NCBI GenBank assembly: GCA_963759195.1
Contig: CAVWXJ010000008.1
Location: forward strand, 27,898-59,897
Length of the DNA: 32,000 bases
Direction of reading: 5' to 3'
Source of the DNA: an uncultured archaeon
GTDB taxonomy: Archaea; Thermoproteota; Nitrososphaeria; Nitrososphaerales; Gagatemarchaeaceae
Shown: in pieces, positions 9,523-18,139 of the stretch
Position numbering within the stretch: position 1 is the first letter of the stretch
Layout of the letters: every line of letters begins with the position of its first letter
Made by a program: the position numbers and the translations under genes
The notes under the pieces: model-generated
Told to the model about the DNA's origin: nothing
Seen by the model: only the letters and a program-made list of their open reading frames with translations
Databases searched by the model: none

Positions 9523-10986
9523 GTGTCCTTCGAAGAAGTGATGCGGCTTGCTCAGCAGAAGGGGTTCTTCTTCAAGACCGCGGATTCATACCCCAATTCG
9601 CCAGCCGGCTTCTGGGACTACGGGCCATTGGGCGTTTCGATGAAGAACAAGTTCGTCGAACTCTGGCGCCGGATGGTGGTCAGGAGGGACGAAATGATCG
9701 AGATAGATGGCGCGCAGATTCTGCCCCGGGCGGTTTTCGAGGCGTCGGGGCATCTCGCAAGCTTCACCGACCCTTTCGTTCAATGCTCGAAGTGCGGCTC
9801 CGTCTTTAGGCCCGACAAGCTGATCGAAGAGAAGACCGGGCGTCAGACGCCGGAAAAGCTGGACGATGCAGAGTACGACAAGCTGATGGCCGAATCCGGT
9901 GTGAAGTGTCTAAAGTGCGGCTCCAAGCTTGAGGGCACGAAGCGGTTCAACATGATGTTCAAGGTCGAAGTGGGCGCACAGCACGAAGAAGCCTACCTTC
10001 GGCCCGAGACCTGCCAGTCGATTTTCGTGGACTTCCCATTGCTCTTCAAGACCCAGCGAATCAAGCTTCCGGTCGGCTTCGCACAAGTGGGACGAAGCTT
10101 CAGGAACGAGATTGCCCCTCGGCAGAGCTTGATCAGGATGCGGGAGCTCAACCAAGCAGAGGTCGAGGTTTTCTTCAACCCCAAGAAGACAGACATGGCA
10201 AAGTTTGGTGCGAAGGCTGGGGAAAGGTTGACTTTTCTGAAGACTGACGGAAGCACCACAGAAATGGCAGTCGCCGATGCGGTGAACGCGGGTGTCATAC
10301 CCAACATGCTGATTGGCTATTACCTCGCAATGATACAGGACCTTTACGTAGCGGCTGGATTGGAACCAGGCAAGATCAGGTTCAGGATGCTGTCCGACAA
10401 GGACAGGGCATTCTACTCCAAGGCCGCATACGACGTCGAGGTAAGCACCTCGCTTGGCTGGGTCGAACTCGTTGCATGCAACTACAGGAGCGACTACGAC
10501 CTTGGGCGGCACTCCAAGGTCAGCGGCACGAACTTCACCGTCGACGACGAAGGAGAAAAAGTTCTGCCTCACGTTTTCGAGCTTTCACTGGGCGTGGACA
10601 GGAGTATCTACGTAATCTTGGAGGCCTCCATGAAGACGGACGGAGACCGGAAGGTCCTCAAGCTGCAACCGTACCTCGCTCCGCTAAAGCTCGGTGTGTT
10701 CCCCCTGGTCAACAAAGACGGCCTCCCGGAGATGGCGGAGAAGGTCTTCAGGGAGGTCGCGGACGTGGTGGACGCGTTCTATGACGACTCCGGCTCAATA
10801 GGCAGGAGGTACGCGCGTTCGGATGAGGTTGGCGTACCCTACTGTGCCACGGTTGACCATGAATCCCTGACCGATTCTTCGGTGACTCTCAGGAACAGGG
10901 ACACCAAGGCGCAGGAGAGGGTGAAGATTCCTGAGCTGCAATCCCGTATCGTGGAACTGACCAAGTTCCCTTCGATATTCGGTTAG
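9523..10986 (+). CDS. glyS: Glycyl-tRNA synthetase (class II, archaeal/eukaryotic type)
   Basis: FFFKTADSYPNSPAGFWDYGPLGVSMKNKFVELW, ARPETCQSIFVDF-like segment (LRPETCQSIFVDFPLLFKTQRIKLPVGFAQVGRSFRNEIAPR), EVGVPYCATVDHESL-like C-terminus. Confidence 0.95.
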   Translation: MSFEEVMRLAQQKGFFFKTADSYPNSPAGFWDYGPLGVSMKNKFVELWRRMVVRRDEMIEIDGAQILPRAVFEASGHLASFTDPFVQCSKCGSVFRPDKLIEEKTGRQTPEKLDDAEYDKLMAESGVKCLKCGSKLEGTKRFNMMFKVEVGAQHEEAYLRPETCQSIFVDFPLLFKTQRIKLPVGFAQVGRSFRNEIAPRQSLIRMRELNQAEVEVFFNPKKTDMAKFGAKAGERLTFLKTDGSTTEMAVADAVNAGVIPNMLIGYYLAMIQDLYVAAGLEPGKIRFRMLSDKDRAFYSKAAYDVEVSTSLGWVELVACNYRSDYDLGRHSKVSGTNFTVDDEGEKVLPHVFELSLGVDRSIYVILEASMKTDGDRKVLKLQPYLAPLKLGVFPLVNKDGLPEMAEKVFREVADVVDAFYDDSGSIGRRYARSDEVGVPYCATVDHESLTDSSVTLRNRDTKAQERVKIPELQSRIVELTKFPSIFG

Positions 10987-11789
10987 ACCATCGCAGCGAC
11001 TGCGAGTGCCGCCAGAGATCCGAATATCGTGGCAAGGAGGTTCACAACGTTGTTCTCGATGAACGAGACTCCACCCGTCTTCTCGGTCGGCTCGCCGCAG
11101 TGGTGGAGCGCCTCTGTGGGTTTCATGCAGACCCTGCAGTAGCCCTTCCTCTGGAACGACGCGCCAAGGAGACTGTCGAAGACGGCTCCGCCCAGCCCGC
11201 CTGCGACGCAGACGAGAATCACGAGCAATGGGCTCTTCACGATACCCAGGAGGAAACCCATCACCCCGATGACGAGGGAGGCCAGAATCGCACCTCCGAA
11301 TCCCATTGCAGAAACCCCGCCCGAGGTGCCTGGGGGGACTGACCGCCTCGGGTGGGTGATCAGTTTTGGTAGGCTCTTGCTGAGCAGCCCCAGCTCGGTC
11401 GCAACTGTGTCAGCGGCAGCCGTCGAGATGCTCCCTAGGAACATGACTGCGAAGGCTGGATTGGGAGTGAGATAACCTGCCACTGCGAAAATCGAAGCGA
11501 CCCCACCGTTTGCAAGTATGTTGGGCCAGTTTCGCGCACCTCCTTTTTCCTGGGCCCCTCCCAGCTTTTTCTTGTACTCGTACTTGTACCAAGTGAAAGA
11601 GATACCGAGTGTGAAGAAGACCGCGACGATGACGAACCATCCAATCCCGCCTCCTAGAAGGATCGAGTAGCCTACAGCCACGCTGGCTAGGAAGCCCCTA
11701 CCATCGAGAGCTTTTGTGAATATTGCAGTGAGGGCGAAGGCGACAACCACGAAGAGGTCAATGACTATGGTAACTGTGCTCGGAAACAA
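10983..11789 (-). CDS. DUF92 family integral membrane protein
   Basis: SISTAAADTVATELGLLSK, PRRSVPPGTSGGVSAMGFGGA, GGLGGAVFDSLLGASFQRKGYC, ENNVVNLLAT. Confidence 0.85.
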   Translation of the reverse strand: MFPSTVTIVIDLFVVVAFALTAIFTKALDGRGFLASVAVGYSILLGGGIGWFVIVAVFFTLGISFTWYKYEYKKKLGGAQEKGGARNWPNILANGGVASIFAVAGYLTPNPAFAVMFLGSISTAAADTVATELGLLSKSLPKLITHPRRSVPPGTSGGVSAMGFGGAILASLVIGVMGFLLGIVKSPLLVILVCVAGGLGGAVFDSLLGASFQRKGYCRVCMKPTEALHHCGEPTEKTGGVSFIENNVVNLLATIFGSLAALAVAAMV

Positions 11790-11839
11790 TCCTCAGTCGC
11801 CCTTAGAGTTTCAGTAAAAAACCTTCGCCGGACTTCCGC

Positions 11840-12442
11840 CTACTGCTGCCGCCGCTCCTTCACCAATTCTAGCTCGAGTATGCCCTCGGAGAGCTTTCCG
11901 GCCTTCGCCGACCACGAGTAGGAATCCAGTATGCCCCGGATGAATTGCTCGGCGCACGCAGTCGACTCGGCCGAGAGCCCTAGGCCTATCGCCCTGAGCA
12001 TGAGATTCCCCCTCGCCTCTTGGTCCTCGACAGACCTGATCTCGATGCGCTTCAGCGGGAGCAATCCCTGAAACTCTATTGCAGCTTGGCTGAGCTTGGA
12101 AATGTCAGAGTAGCCCATCTGGAGGTAGTGCCCTGTCCTGGCCCCCTCGTCGAACCACGTCTTGAGCAGCCACGCCTTGTCTGCGGCGTACAGCTTCTTG
12201 ATGAGCTTCTCCACCAGGTCTCCTGGAAGGGGAACGGCGTCGATGTCCTTCAGCATCCTCCCCATCTTCCATGACGGAACAACTTCGCCCGGCTCTCCGG
12301 AGAGCTTGCAAATCGAAATGACCGCTTCGAGCGATTCGTTCGCGAATGCGTACAAAGTTTTGTTCTTTTTCATTGCCTGAACTGAAAGATCGTCAGCAAT
12401 GTTGTCTGCTATCGAGATGTTTGTTCTAGGCAACCGATTCAA
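11840..12442 (-). CDS. Conserved-looking hypothetical protein, possibly with a ribbon-helix-helix-like N-terminus
   Basis: 200 aa uninterrupted; NISIADNIADDLSVQAMKKNKTLYAFANESLEAVI at the N-terminus. Family not recognised with certainty. Confidence 0.65.
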   Translation of the reverse strand: MNRLPRTNISIADNIADDLSVQAMKKNKTLYAFANESLEAVISICKLSGEPGEVVPSWKMGRMLKDIDAVPLPGDLVEKLIKKLYAADKAWLLKTWFDEGARTGHYLQMGYSDISKLSQAAIEFQGLLPLKRIEIRSVEDQEARGNLMLRAIGLGLSAESTACAEQFIRGILDSYSWSAKAGKLSEGILELELVKERRQQ

Positions 12443-12518
12443 TATGTACGAGTGCAGTTAAAAGTGTTCAAACGTACGCGCGGGTTGATAGACTTCCCTC
12501 CAGCCTTACCAAACCACA

Positions 12519-13853
12519 TTGAGGTTCGAGCGAAGGCGCGGAATGACCACGACAGACGGCGCTCTCGCGATACTCACGGTATTTGTCGCAGGCACCCTTC
12601 TGCTCGCCGTGTACGAGTCGGAGAGCCTGCAAGGCCAGATCACCAGAATGGACCAGCTGGCGGGAAAGCAGGCCCAAGCGTCAACCACGGCTGGAGGTGG
12701 ATCCGGCACGTCCGGAACGCCAACCCAACCCGTCACTAGGGACATCAGGCTCTACAGCTACTCAAAAGTGGTGCCGATAGCGAATGGCGTGAACTACCTT
12801 GCATTCACATTCAACGGCACGGTCCCAGGGCCGACCATATTCATCAATCAGGGCGATACGGTGCACTTCACCCTCATCAACAACGACACCATGGCGCATT
12901 CCATCGACTTCCATGCGGCTGAGATCGATTGGTCCACGGCCTACGCTTCAATCCTGCCTGGTCAGAACAAGTCGTTCAGCTTCATTGCCAACTACCCGGG
13001 CGTATTCATGTATCACTGCGGGACGCCGCCCGTGCTTGAACACATAGCGAACGGGATGTACGGTGCAATCATAGTCCGGCCGTCTAATCCCCTGCCCGCA
13101 GCCCCCGGCGGCTCCTACGTCTTGGTGGAGAGTGAATTCTACACCTCAATGGGTCCGGGTGGAACCTACTTGGGCAACTACTCGAAGATGCTGAGCGCTA
13201 CGCCCGACTACGTGGTGTTCAACGGAGTGGCCAATCAGTACGCCAACAGCCCACTGGTGGTCCAGCCCAATCAGCTTGTCAGGCTCTACCTGTTGAACGC
13301 AGGCCCGTCCCTCTGGGAGGCGTTTCACGTGATCGGTGCCTTGATGGACACTGTCTATCAGGATGGGAACCCCGCGAACGTTCTCCACGGGATGCAGACT
13401 GTCAGCCTTGCGCCTTCTTCGGGCGCCATAGTTGACATGTACTTCACGGACCCAGGAGGAAAGAATCCCTTCGTTAACCATGCCTTTGCCTACGCATCGA
13501 TCGGGGCAACGGGAATCTTCCAGGTCGCGAACGGCAGCCAGAGCTCAACCACGTCAACAGCAGCCTCGGTGGCTGGCCCGGTCGTCACCATCAAGGCGGG
13601 GTCGGGGCTCAATCAGTCCTCGCCAGGTTACTCTCCCGCGACCATGACCGTGGTGGTTGGGGTGAACAACACTGTGACTTGGGTGAACAAGGACAGCATA
13701 ATCCACACGGTGACTGCGAGCGACAAGAGCTTCAACTCCGGTGACTTGTACCAGGGCGATAGCTTCACCTGGACATTCAAGACTCCTGGCACATACACGT
13801 ACTACTGCCTCTACCACCCGTGGATGAAGGGCACGATTATCGTGAAGGGGTAG
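12519..13853 (+). CDS. Membrane-anchored NirK-like/two-domain multicopper protein fused to a C-terminal plastocyanin-like cupredoxin domain
   Basis: N-terminal TM (GALAILTVFVAGTLLLAVY). Cu-site motifs MAHSIDFHAAEID, YPGVFMYHCGTPPVLEHIANGMYGAIIV, PFVNHAFAYASIGATGIF. C-terminal NNTVTWVNKDSIIHTVTA...PGTYTYYCLYHPWMKGTIIV cupredoxin. Confidence 0.88.
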   Translation: MRFERRRGMTTTDGALAILTVFVAGTLLLAVYESESLQGQITRMDQLAGKQAQASTTAGGGSGTSGTPTQPVTRDIRLYSYSKVVPIANGVNYLAFTFNGTVPGPTIFINQGDTVHFTLINNDTMAHSIDFHAAEIDWSTAYASILPGQNKSFSFIANYPGVFMYHCGTPPVLEHIANGMYGAIIVRPSNPLPAAPGGSYVLVESEFYTSMGPGGTYLGNYSKMLSATPDYVVFNGVANQYANSPLVVQPNQLVRLYLLNAGPSLWEAFHVIGALMDTVYQDGNPANVLHGMQTVSLAPSSGAIVDMYFTDPGGKNPFVNHAFAYASIGATGIFQVANGSQSSTTSTAASVAGPVVTIKAGSGLNQSSPGYSPATMTVVVGVNNTVTWVNKDSIIHTVTASDKSFNSGDLYQGDSFTWTFKTPGTYTYYCLYHPWMKGTIIVKG

Positions 13854-14324
13854 ATGATCCGAATGTCTTCGAATCCGGATTCTGGTGAGCCCGGTCTTAT
13901 TGATGAGAACGGGCTCGTTTCAAGGCGGAAGCTCGTCGTCCTTGGAGCCACAGCCTTGCTCGGGGGCATGATTGCCCTCGCTTTCAGCATCCCAAAGCTG
14001 TCCGAGTCGCGTGACAGTAAAGGGACCGAGGGGCAATCAGCTGGCCAAGCTAAGGTCCAGTCGACCAGCGATTTCGGGACCGTTCGTGTGAAGGCAGTCT
14101 ACTTCCAGATGGCTCAGACGGTTCCGGTGGACCATGAATACTACGACATCGCATCTCCAGCTACGGTAGCTGCACTCACGAAAATCGTCCAGTCGGAGTA
14201 CCCACAGCTCGCGAACATGATGCTGTCGATGTCGATACTCGTCGACGGGCAGGTAGCGACTGGCTCCACTCTCTTGCATCCAAGTGACGAGGTGGACTTC
14301 GTACCGATGTTGCAAGGGGGATAG
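13854..14324 (+). CDS. Signal-anchored (possibly Tat) MoaD/ThiS-like beta-grasp protein ending in Gly-Gly
   Basis: VSRRKLVVLGATALLGGMIALAF (RR followed by a hydrophobic stretch), then VRVKAVYFQMAQ...VAALTKIVQSEYPQLANMM...ILVDGQVATGSTLLHPSDEVDFVPMLQGG*, matching the MoaD/ThiS C-terminal pattern. Begins directly after the upstream stop codon. Confidence 0.7.
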   Translation: MIRMSSNPDSGEPGLIDENGLVSRRKLVVLGATALLGGMIALAFSIPKLSESRDSKGTEGQSAGQAKVQSTSDFGTVRVKAVYFQMAQTVPVDHEYYDIASPATVAALTKIVQSEYPQLANMMLSMSILVDGQVATGSTLLHPSDEVDFVPMLQGG

Positions 14325-14409
14325 AGATATGACCAAGCGAAGCGGGGCTCGGGTGGAATTGGAAACTCTGCTCTCGGTGCAGTCCAGCCCTTACCTGGGG
14401 GCGATCTAA

Positions 14410-14667
14410 TTGAGGCCGAGTCAATCGCAGCAAAGATTGCTGAGGGGAATGAAGAAGCTGTTCCCTTCGAGATGGGAGGTTTCCAACATGCAGGCGAAGT
14501 TCGCAGGCGCCGAAGCGAGGGGAACGATCCGAATCCATTGTACGGCCGACGATAAGAACTTCCTGAGCGACTTCGACGCCAGACTGGATGCTAAGGGGAA
14601 CATCAAGGAATTCTTCATCGACGGCCTTTCGCTCAAGGACAAGATCGAGCGCCTTGATGCCGAGTAG
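14410..14667 (+). CDS. Small hypothetical protein (start uncertain, possibly ATG 14452)
   Basis: ARGTIRIHCTADDKNFLSDFDARLDAKGNIKEFFIDGLSLKDKIERLDAE looks like real protein; the 5' part is ambiguous between frames. Confidence 0.45.
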   Translation: MRPSQSQQRLLRGMKKLFPSRWEVSNMQAKFAGAEARGTIRIHCTADDKNFLSDFDARLDAKGNIKEFFIDGLSLKDKIERLDAE

Positions 14668-14687
14668 AGACCCCTTTGTTTCACGAT

Positions 14688-14963
14688 TCAAGCATCAGGC
14701 ATTAGCGCCAGGGCGCTCTTCCTAACCCCGGCCATCGTCGTTGCCAGCCTTTCCCTGTCGAGCATCTTGGCTGCAACGGTCACATCGTTGACGCTCAGCT
14801 GCAAGTGTCTTAACGCCGGGTCGCCTGATGACCTCAATCTGTTTCCAATTTCATTGTTCAGCTTGAAGATTGCCGAAAGCACTGCAGCATTGTCATCGTT
14901 CCCCCTCACCAGGAAATCTGCCACCGCTCTCTCAAGGTCCGTGATCAAGTCTGGTAGTTCCAT
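14688..14963 (-). CDS. Small hypothetical protein
   Basis: 91 aa, helical-looking composition, start just upstream of the divergent glycosyltransferase gene. Confidence 0.5.
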   Translation of the reverse strand: MELPDLITDLERAVADFLVRGNDDNAAVLSAIFKLNNEIGNRLRSSGDPALRHLQLSVNDVTVAAKMLDRERLATTMAGVRKSALALMPDA

Positions 14964-15016
14964 GAGCCGATGAAGAACCTGCCCTGATTAAATACGCGCC
15001 TGGCTTCGCCCTTTCG

Positions 15017-16048
15017 TTGCCTCGCATACTCTACGGCGTTAGCCCCATTGGCTTGGGGCATGCAACGCGCGCTGTGCCAGTGGGCGGGCTGCTAATGGAA
15101 TCTGGGGCAGATGTTGTTTTCGTGAGCGGCGGTGCCGCGGTCGAATGCCTACGGAGCTATGGATTCCAAGTCGAAGATGCGGTGTCGGAACCAATGCTGA
15201 GGGTGGCCAAAGGAGAAATGAAGAACGTTGTCTCGTGGTACTTCAGATACTGGATAGGATACCGGCGTACCAAAGGACAGGTGGGAAGAATCATGGACAG
15301 ATTGAAGCCGGATGCCGTTGTAGGAGACGAAGAATTCTCTTCAATCACTCTCGCTCTGGAGAGAGGGATTCCCCAAGCGCTGATTGCTGACGAGTTGGAG
15401 TTGGGGTTCGCGAGAACATGGCTGGCAAGAAGAGTGGAAAGGAGGGTTTCCGAGTGGTACTCTGACCTTCAGCACCGGGTTTCGATGTCGATCATCCCTG
15501 AAGAAGGCAACAACAGTGCGAACAGGCACTACGTAGGACCCATAGTGAGACAAGCAACCAAGACGAGGTCACAGATTATCGAAGGTCTAGGGGTTCCTCA
15601 GGATAGCCGACTCATTGTCGTTTCTCTCAGTGGCACAGGAATCGGCTCCCATCTCATCAAGGGGGCGATCAACGCTCTTGCTTCAGTTCCCGACTCCGTT
15701 CTCCTGCTCATCGGCAACAGGGGCAGGAAGGTCTCGGGTGACCGAGTCTTCGACCTCGGAGTGGTGCAGGACGGTCAGAACTTTGTGGCTGCTGCGGATG
15801 TGGTAGTTTCGACAGCCGGCAAGAGCACCATTGACGAGGCGGCAGCGTTTGGGACCCCAATCGTTGCCATACCAATCAGAAACCACAGTGAGCAGCTGAG
15901 GAACGCGTCAGCGCTTGGGTACTCGGCAGACGACCTCTCTAAGATACCAGAACTCATCGCATCTAAGATAGGAAGGCGTCAGAAACCTGTCGCCATGATC
16001 GGCGCGCGGAACGCTGCTGGACTCATTGGCTCTCTTGTTACTCCGTGA
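15017..16048 (+). CDS. MurG/UGT-like glycosyltransferase (GT-B fold)
   Basis: GVSPIGLGHATRAVPVGGLLMESGADVVFVSGG, VGDEEFSSITLA, FVAAADVVVSTAGKSTIDEAAAFGTPIVAIPIRNHSEQLRNA. Confidence 0.85.
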   Translation: MPRILYGVSPIGLGHATRAVPVGGLLMESGADVVFVSGGAAVECLRSYGFQVEDAVSEPMLRVAKGEMKNVVSWYFRYWIGYRRTKGQVGRIMDRLKPDAVVGDEEFSSITLALERGIPQALIADELELGFARTWLARRVERRVSEWYSDLQHRVSMSIIPEEGNNSANRHYVGPIVRQATKTRSQIIEGLGVPQDSRLIVVSLSGTGIGSHLIKGAINALASVPDSVLLLIGNRGRKVSGDRVFDLGVVQDGQNFVAAADVVVSTAGKSTIDEAAAFGTPIVAIPIRNHSEQLRNASALGYSADDLSKIPELIASKIGRRQKPVAMIGARNAAGLIGSLVTP

Positions 16049-16056
16049 CTGAGAGC

Positions 16057-16746
16057 CTACTGAATCGATTTGAGGGCAGCGATGAGCGACGCCTCGTCTC
16101 CCGTTCCCGACAACTCCAGTACGATGCCTTCACGCCTCGCAAGCTCCACTGCGAGGGGGTCCAGTTCCTTGGGGCCGTGTATCACGACCATCCTAGGTTT
16201 CAACTGGGACACTCTGATCGCGACCAGGGGACTCCTGCCCATTCCAACCTTTGTGAATACCAAGGCCCTCTCGGTCGTTGCTCCGAAGATTCTGTAGAAG
16301 TCGTAGCCCGAAAGCGCGTAGATCGTCTTTATGCTGTCGACCACTGTATACCCGTAGAGTCTGACGCCCCTGTCATCTCCCGTGAGGACGCTGCCCTTCA
16401 CGGCCTTTGTTACTTCGGAACCATCCACCGGGGACTGGAACTCCCCGATGGCGAGAATGGCCGCGTCTTTTTCGGTCGACACGAGCTTGGACACAACCCT
16501 TTCCTTTGACTCGTCCAGGGTGACCAGAGCCTCGACGTACTTTCTTACGAATTGGACGCCTGGGGAGGGTCGCCTCCCGCTTTCGTAGTCGCTCAGCACA
16601 GAAGGAGAGATTCGAAGGGCGCGCGCAAGGACGACCTGCTTTATCCCAAGCTTCTCTCGCCATGCCTTCATCGCCCTTCCGGGATCAGGATTTGCGACGA
16701 CGCTGCCGGCTATCTTTGCTACGGCGTCGCTGCTAGGTGCTTCCAA
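16057..16746 (-). CDS. Archaeal XRE-family HTH transcriptional regulator (COG1709-like)
   Basis: MKAWREKLGIKQVVLARALRISPSVLSDYESGRRPSPGVQFVRKYVEAL is a clear HTH_XRE; the C-terminal domain resembles archaeal regulators of this class. Confidence 0.85.
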   Translation of the reverse strand: MEAPSSDAVAKIAGSVVANPDPGRAMKAWREKLGIKQVVLARALRISPSVLSDYESGRRPSPGVQFVRKYVEALVTLDESKERVVSKLVSTEKDAAILAIGEFQSPVDGSEVTKAVKGSVLTGDDRGVRLYGYTVVDSIKTIYALSGYDFYRIFGATTERALVFTKVGMGRSPLVAIRVSQLKPRMVVIHGPKELDPLAVELARREGIVLELSGTGDEASLIAALKSIQ

Positions 16747-16774
16747 GGTTGATAGACGTTTAGCGAAGGGGGTA

Positions 16775-17056
16775 TTAACCTCTGTCGATGTTCTGTTCTG
16801 AGCCAGAGCGAGACTTGAGACCGTACCTCATGCCGGGTGTACGCGCAAGGTCTTTGAAGAAGATCTCGGCCAACTCGAACGGGACTTCTGAACCATTCTC
16901 CACAACGCTCGCTGCTTCTTTGTCGTAGTCTTTCCCCTCAACTGGCCCGACGGGTACCGGTGCAAAATCGCAGCTGGAATTGGTATCAAAATGAACGGGT
17001 TCATGCCGCGAAGGGACCGGACCCGCTGCCCTGAGCTGCATCCTAGTCTGGCACAT
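16775..17056 (-). CDS. Hypothetical small ORF; alternative minus-strand frame 16828-17112
   Basis: Open but weak. Two overlapping minus frames each look partly plausible. Confidence 0.25.
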   Translation of the reverse strand: MCQTRMQLRAAGPVPSRHEPVHFDTNSSCDFAPVPVGPVEGKDYDKEAASVVENGSEVPFELAEIFFKDLARTPGMRYGLKSRSGSEQNIDRG

Positions 17057-17100
17057 TTAGCGCCGTTTTCAGTACTAGTTTGGCATGGTACTCGTTTGGG
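17053..17100 (+). repeat. Dispersed 48-nt repeat, copy A (inverted relative to copy B)
   Basis: acatttagcgccgttttcagtactagtttggcatggtactcgtttggg; 40/48 identical by hand alignment to the reverse complement of 29213-29260. Confidence 0.8.
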
Positions 17101-17289
17101 AAATCTCGGCACGTACCATCTGTGGTCATGGGTTCAAATCCGGTGGGGTTCGAACCCCAGCTTGACAGAACATGGTAATCAGAAATCTCCCAAATAGAGC
17201 TTATCTTGTCCAGAATAGCTCGAATCAGGACGGTCTAGGTCGGGAGACCCTTTCTTTTGGGGGAACCGTTCTTTTAGGGCAGTGATGGT

Positions 17290-17532
17290 TTGCGGAAGGG
17301 GATGGAAGACCTCCGCAAAGAGATTTGGAATGAGAACGGTACTCTGAAAAGTTTCGAGTGTGGCCTTTGCAGATTGGAAAGGAACAAGCAGATTCCTGCG
17401 TCGGCACACTCACAGTATCAGCTTAGGCAAAAGAGTAGCAAAAGAGAAGTGTGGGTCTGGGTTTGTACGAACCACTTCGACATGGTCGAAAGTCGCGACA
17501 GCCCCTACGAAATCCTCAGGCACTTTTTCTAA
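17290..17532 (+). CDS. Small cysteine-containing hypothetical protein (start perhaps ATG 17302)
   Basis: MEDLRKEIWNENGTLKSFECGLCRLERNKQIPA...VWVWVCTNHFDMV; one CxxC plus a later CxxH, possibly metal binding. Confidence 0.45.
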   Translation: MRKGMEDLRKEIWNENGTLKSFECGLCRLERNKQIPASAHSQYQLRQKSSKREVWVWVCTNHFDMVESRDSPYEILRHFF

Positions 17533-17725
17533 GTCGGCTCGTCCTTAGGACGGCTTGCATTCTGAATCAGAGCCAGCCACTTGTTCTCTCCCTCGACCTT
17601 GATTCCCGCCCGGTCCGCTGGCGTGTCACCGAAGAGTCTCAATGGCGTCATCGTAAGCAAGAGAGGGTGGCTTGGAAGGGTTAAGTTCACGCTCACTCTT
17701 CCGTGCAATCGCTTGATTCAAGGCG

Positions 17726-18139
17726 TTGTCTTCGAAGAATGTTTGTAGGAATCATCGCTGTGTAAGTTGCTGCTACGAGACAGAGATGATCTTATTGAGG
17801 GATGACGTACGGTGCATAGTGAGCCTAGGTTTCAAAGAAGGCTTCTTCGCAGTCGAATTCAGAGGCTTCAAGAAGCTCAGGAACGACAACGGCAGATGCA
17901 TCTTCCACGATGGAGAGCAATGCACAATCTACCCAAATCGACCATCGGGGTGCAGACTATATCCCGTCATCTTCGACGAAGACTTGAACCATCCTGTAAT
18001 GGACAGGTTATGCCCATTCAGAGCGGAGTTTCTTCTCTCGTCAAGAGCCAGACGGGAAGCATCAAAGCTTTACCTCAGACTGACGGGCGAAAGACAAGCC
18101 AACAGCAGCGAGAAGAAGAGGTCGGTCGTGGAGATATGA
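17726..18139 (+). CDS. YkgJ-like cysteine-cluster (putative Zn/Fe-chelating) protein
   Basis: RCVSCCYETEMILLRDDVRCI...NDNGRCIFHDGEQCTIYPNRPSGCRLYPVIFDE matches the YkgJ cysteine cluster. Confidence 0.85.
   Translation: MSSKNVCRNHRCVSCCYETEMILLRDDVRCIVSLGFKEGFFAVEFRGFKKLRNDNGRCIFHDGEQCTIYPNRPSGCRLYPVIFDEDLNHPVMDRLCPFRAEFLLSSRARREASKLYLRLTGERQANSSEKKRSVVEI

Noticed and set aside
13146-13481. Minus-strand ORF within the NirK-like gene
   Set aside because: Antisense to well-supported cupredoxin-domain coding sequence.
17067-17160. Possible tRNA gene containing GGTTCAAATCC and ggggttcgaacccc
   Set aside because: No acceptor stem, D arm and anticodon arm combination could be paired, and the T stem pairs poorly. 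Kept only as a tRNA-like fragment.
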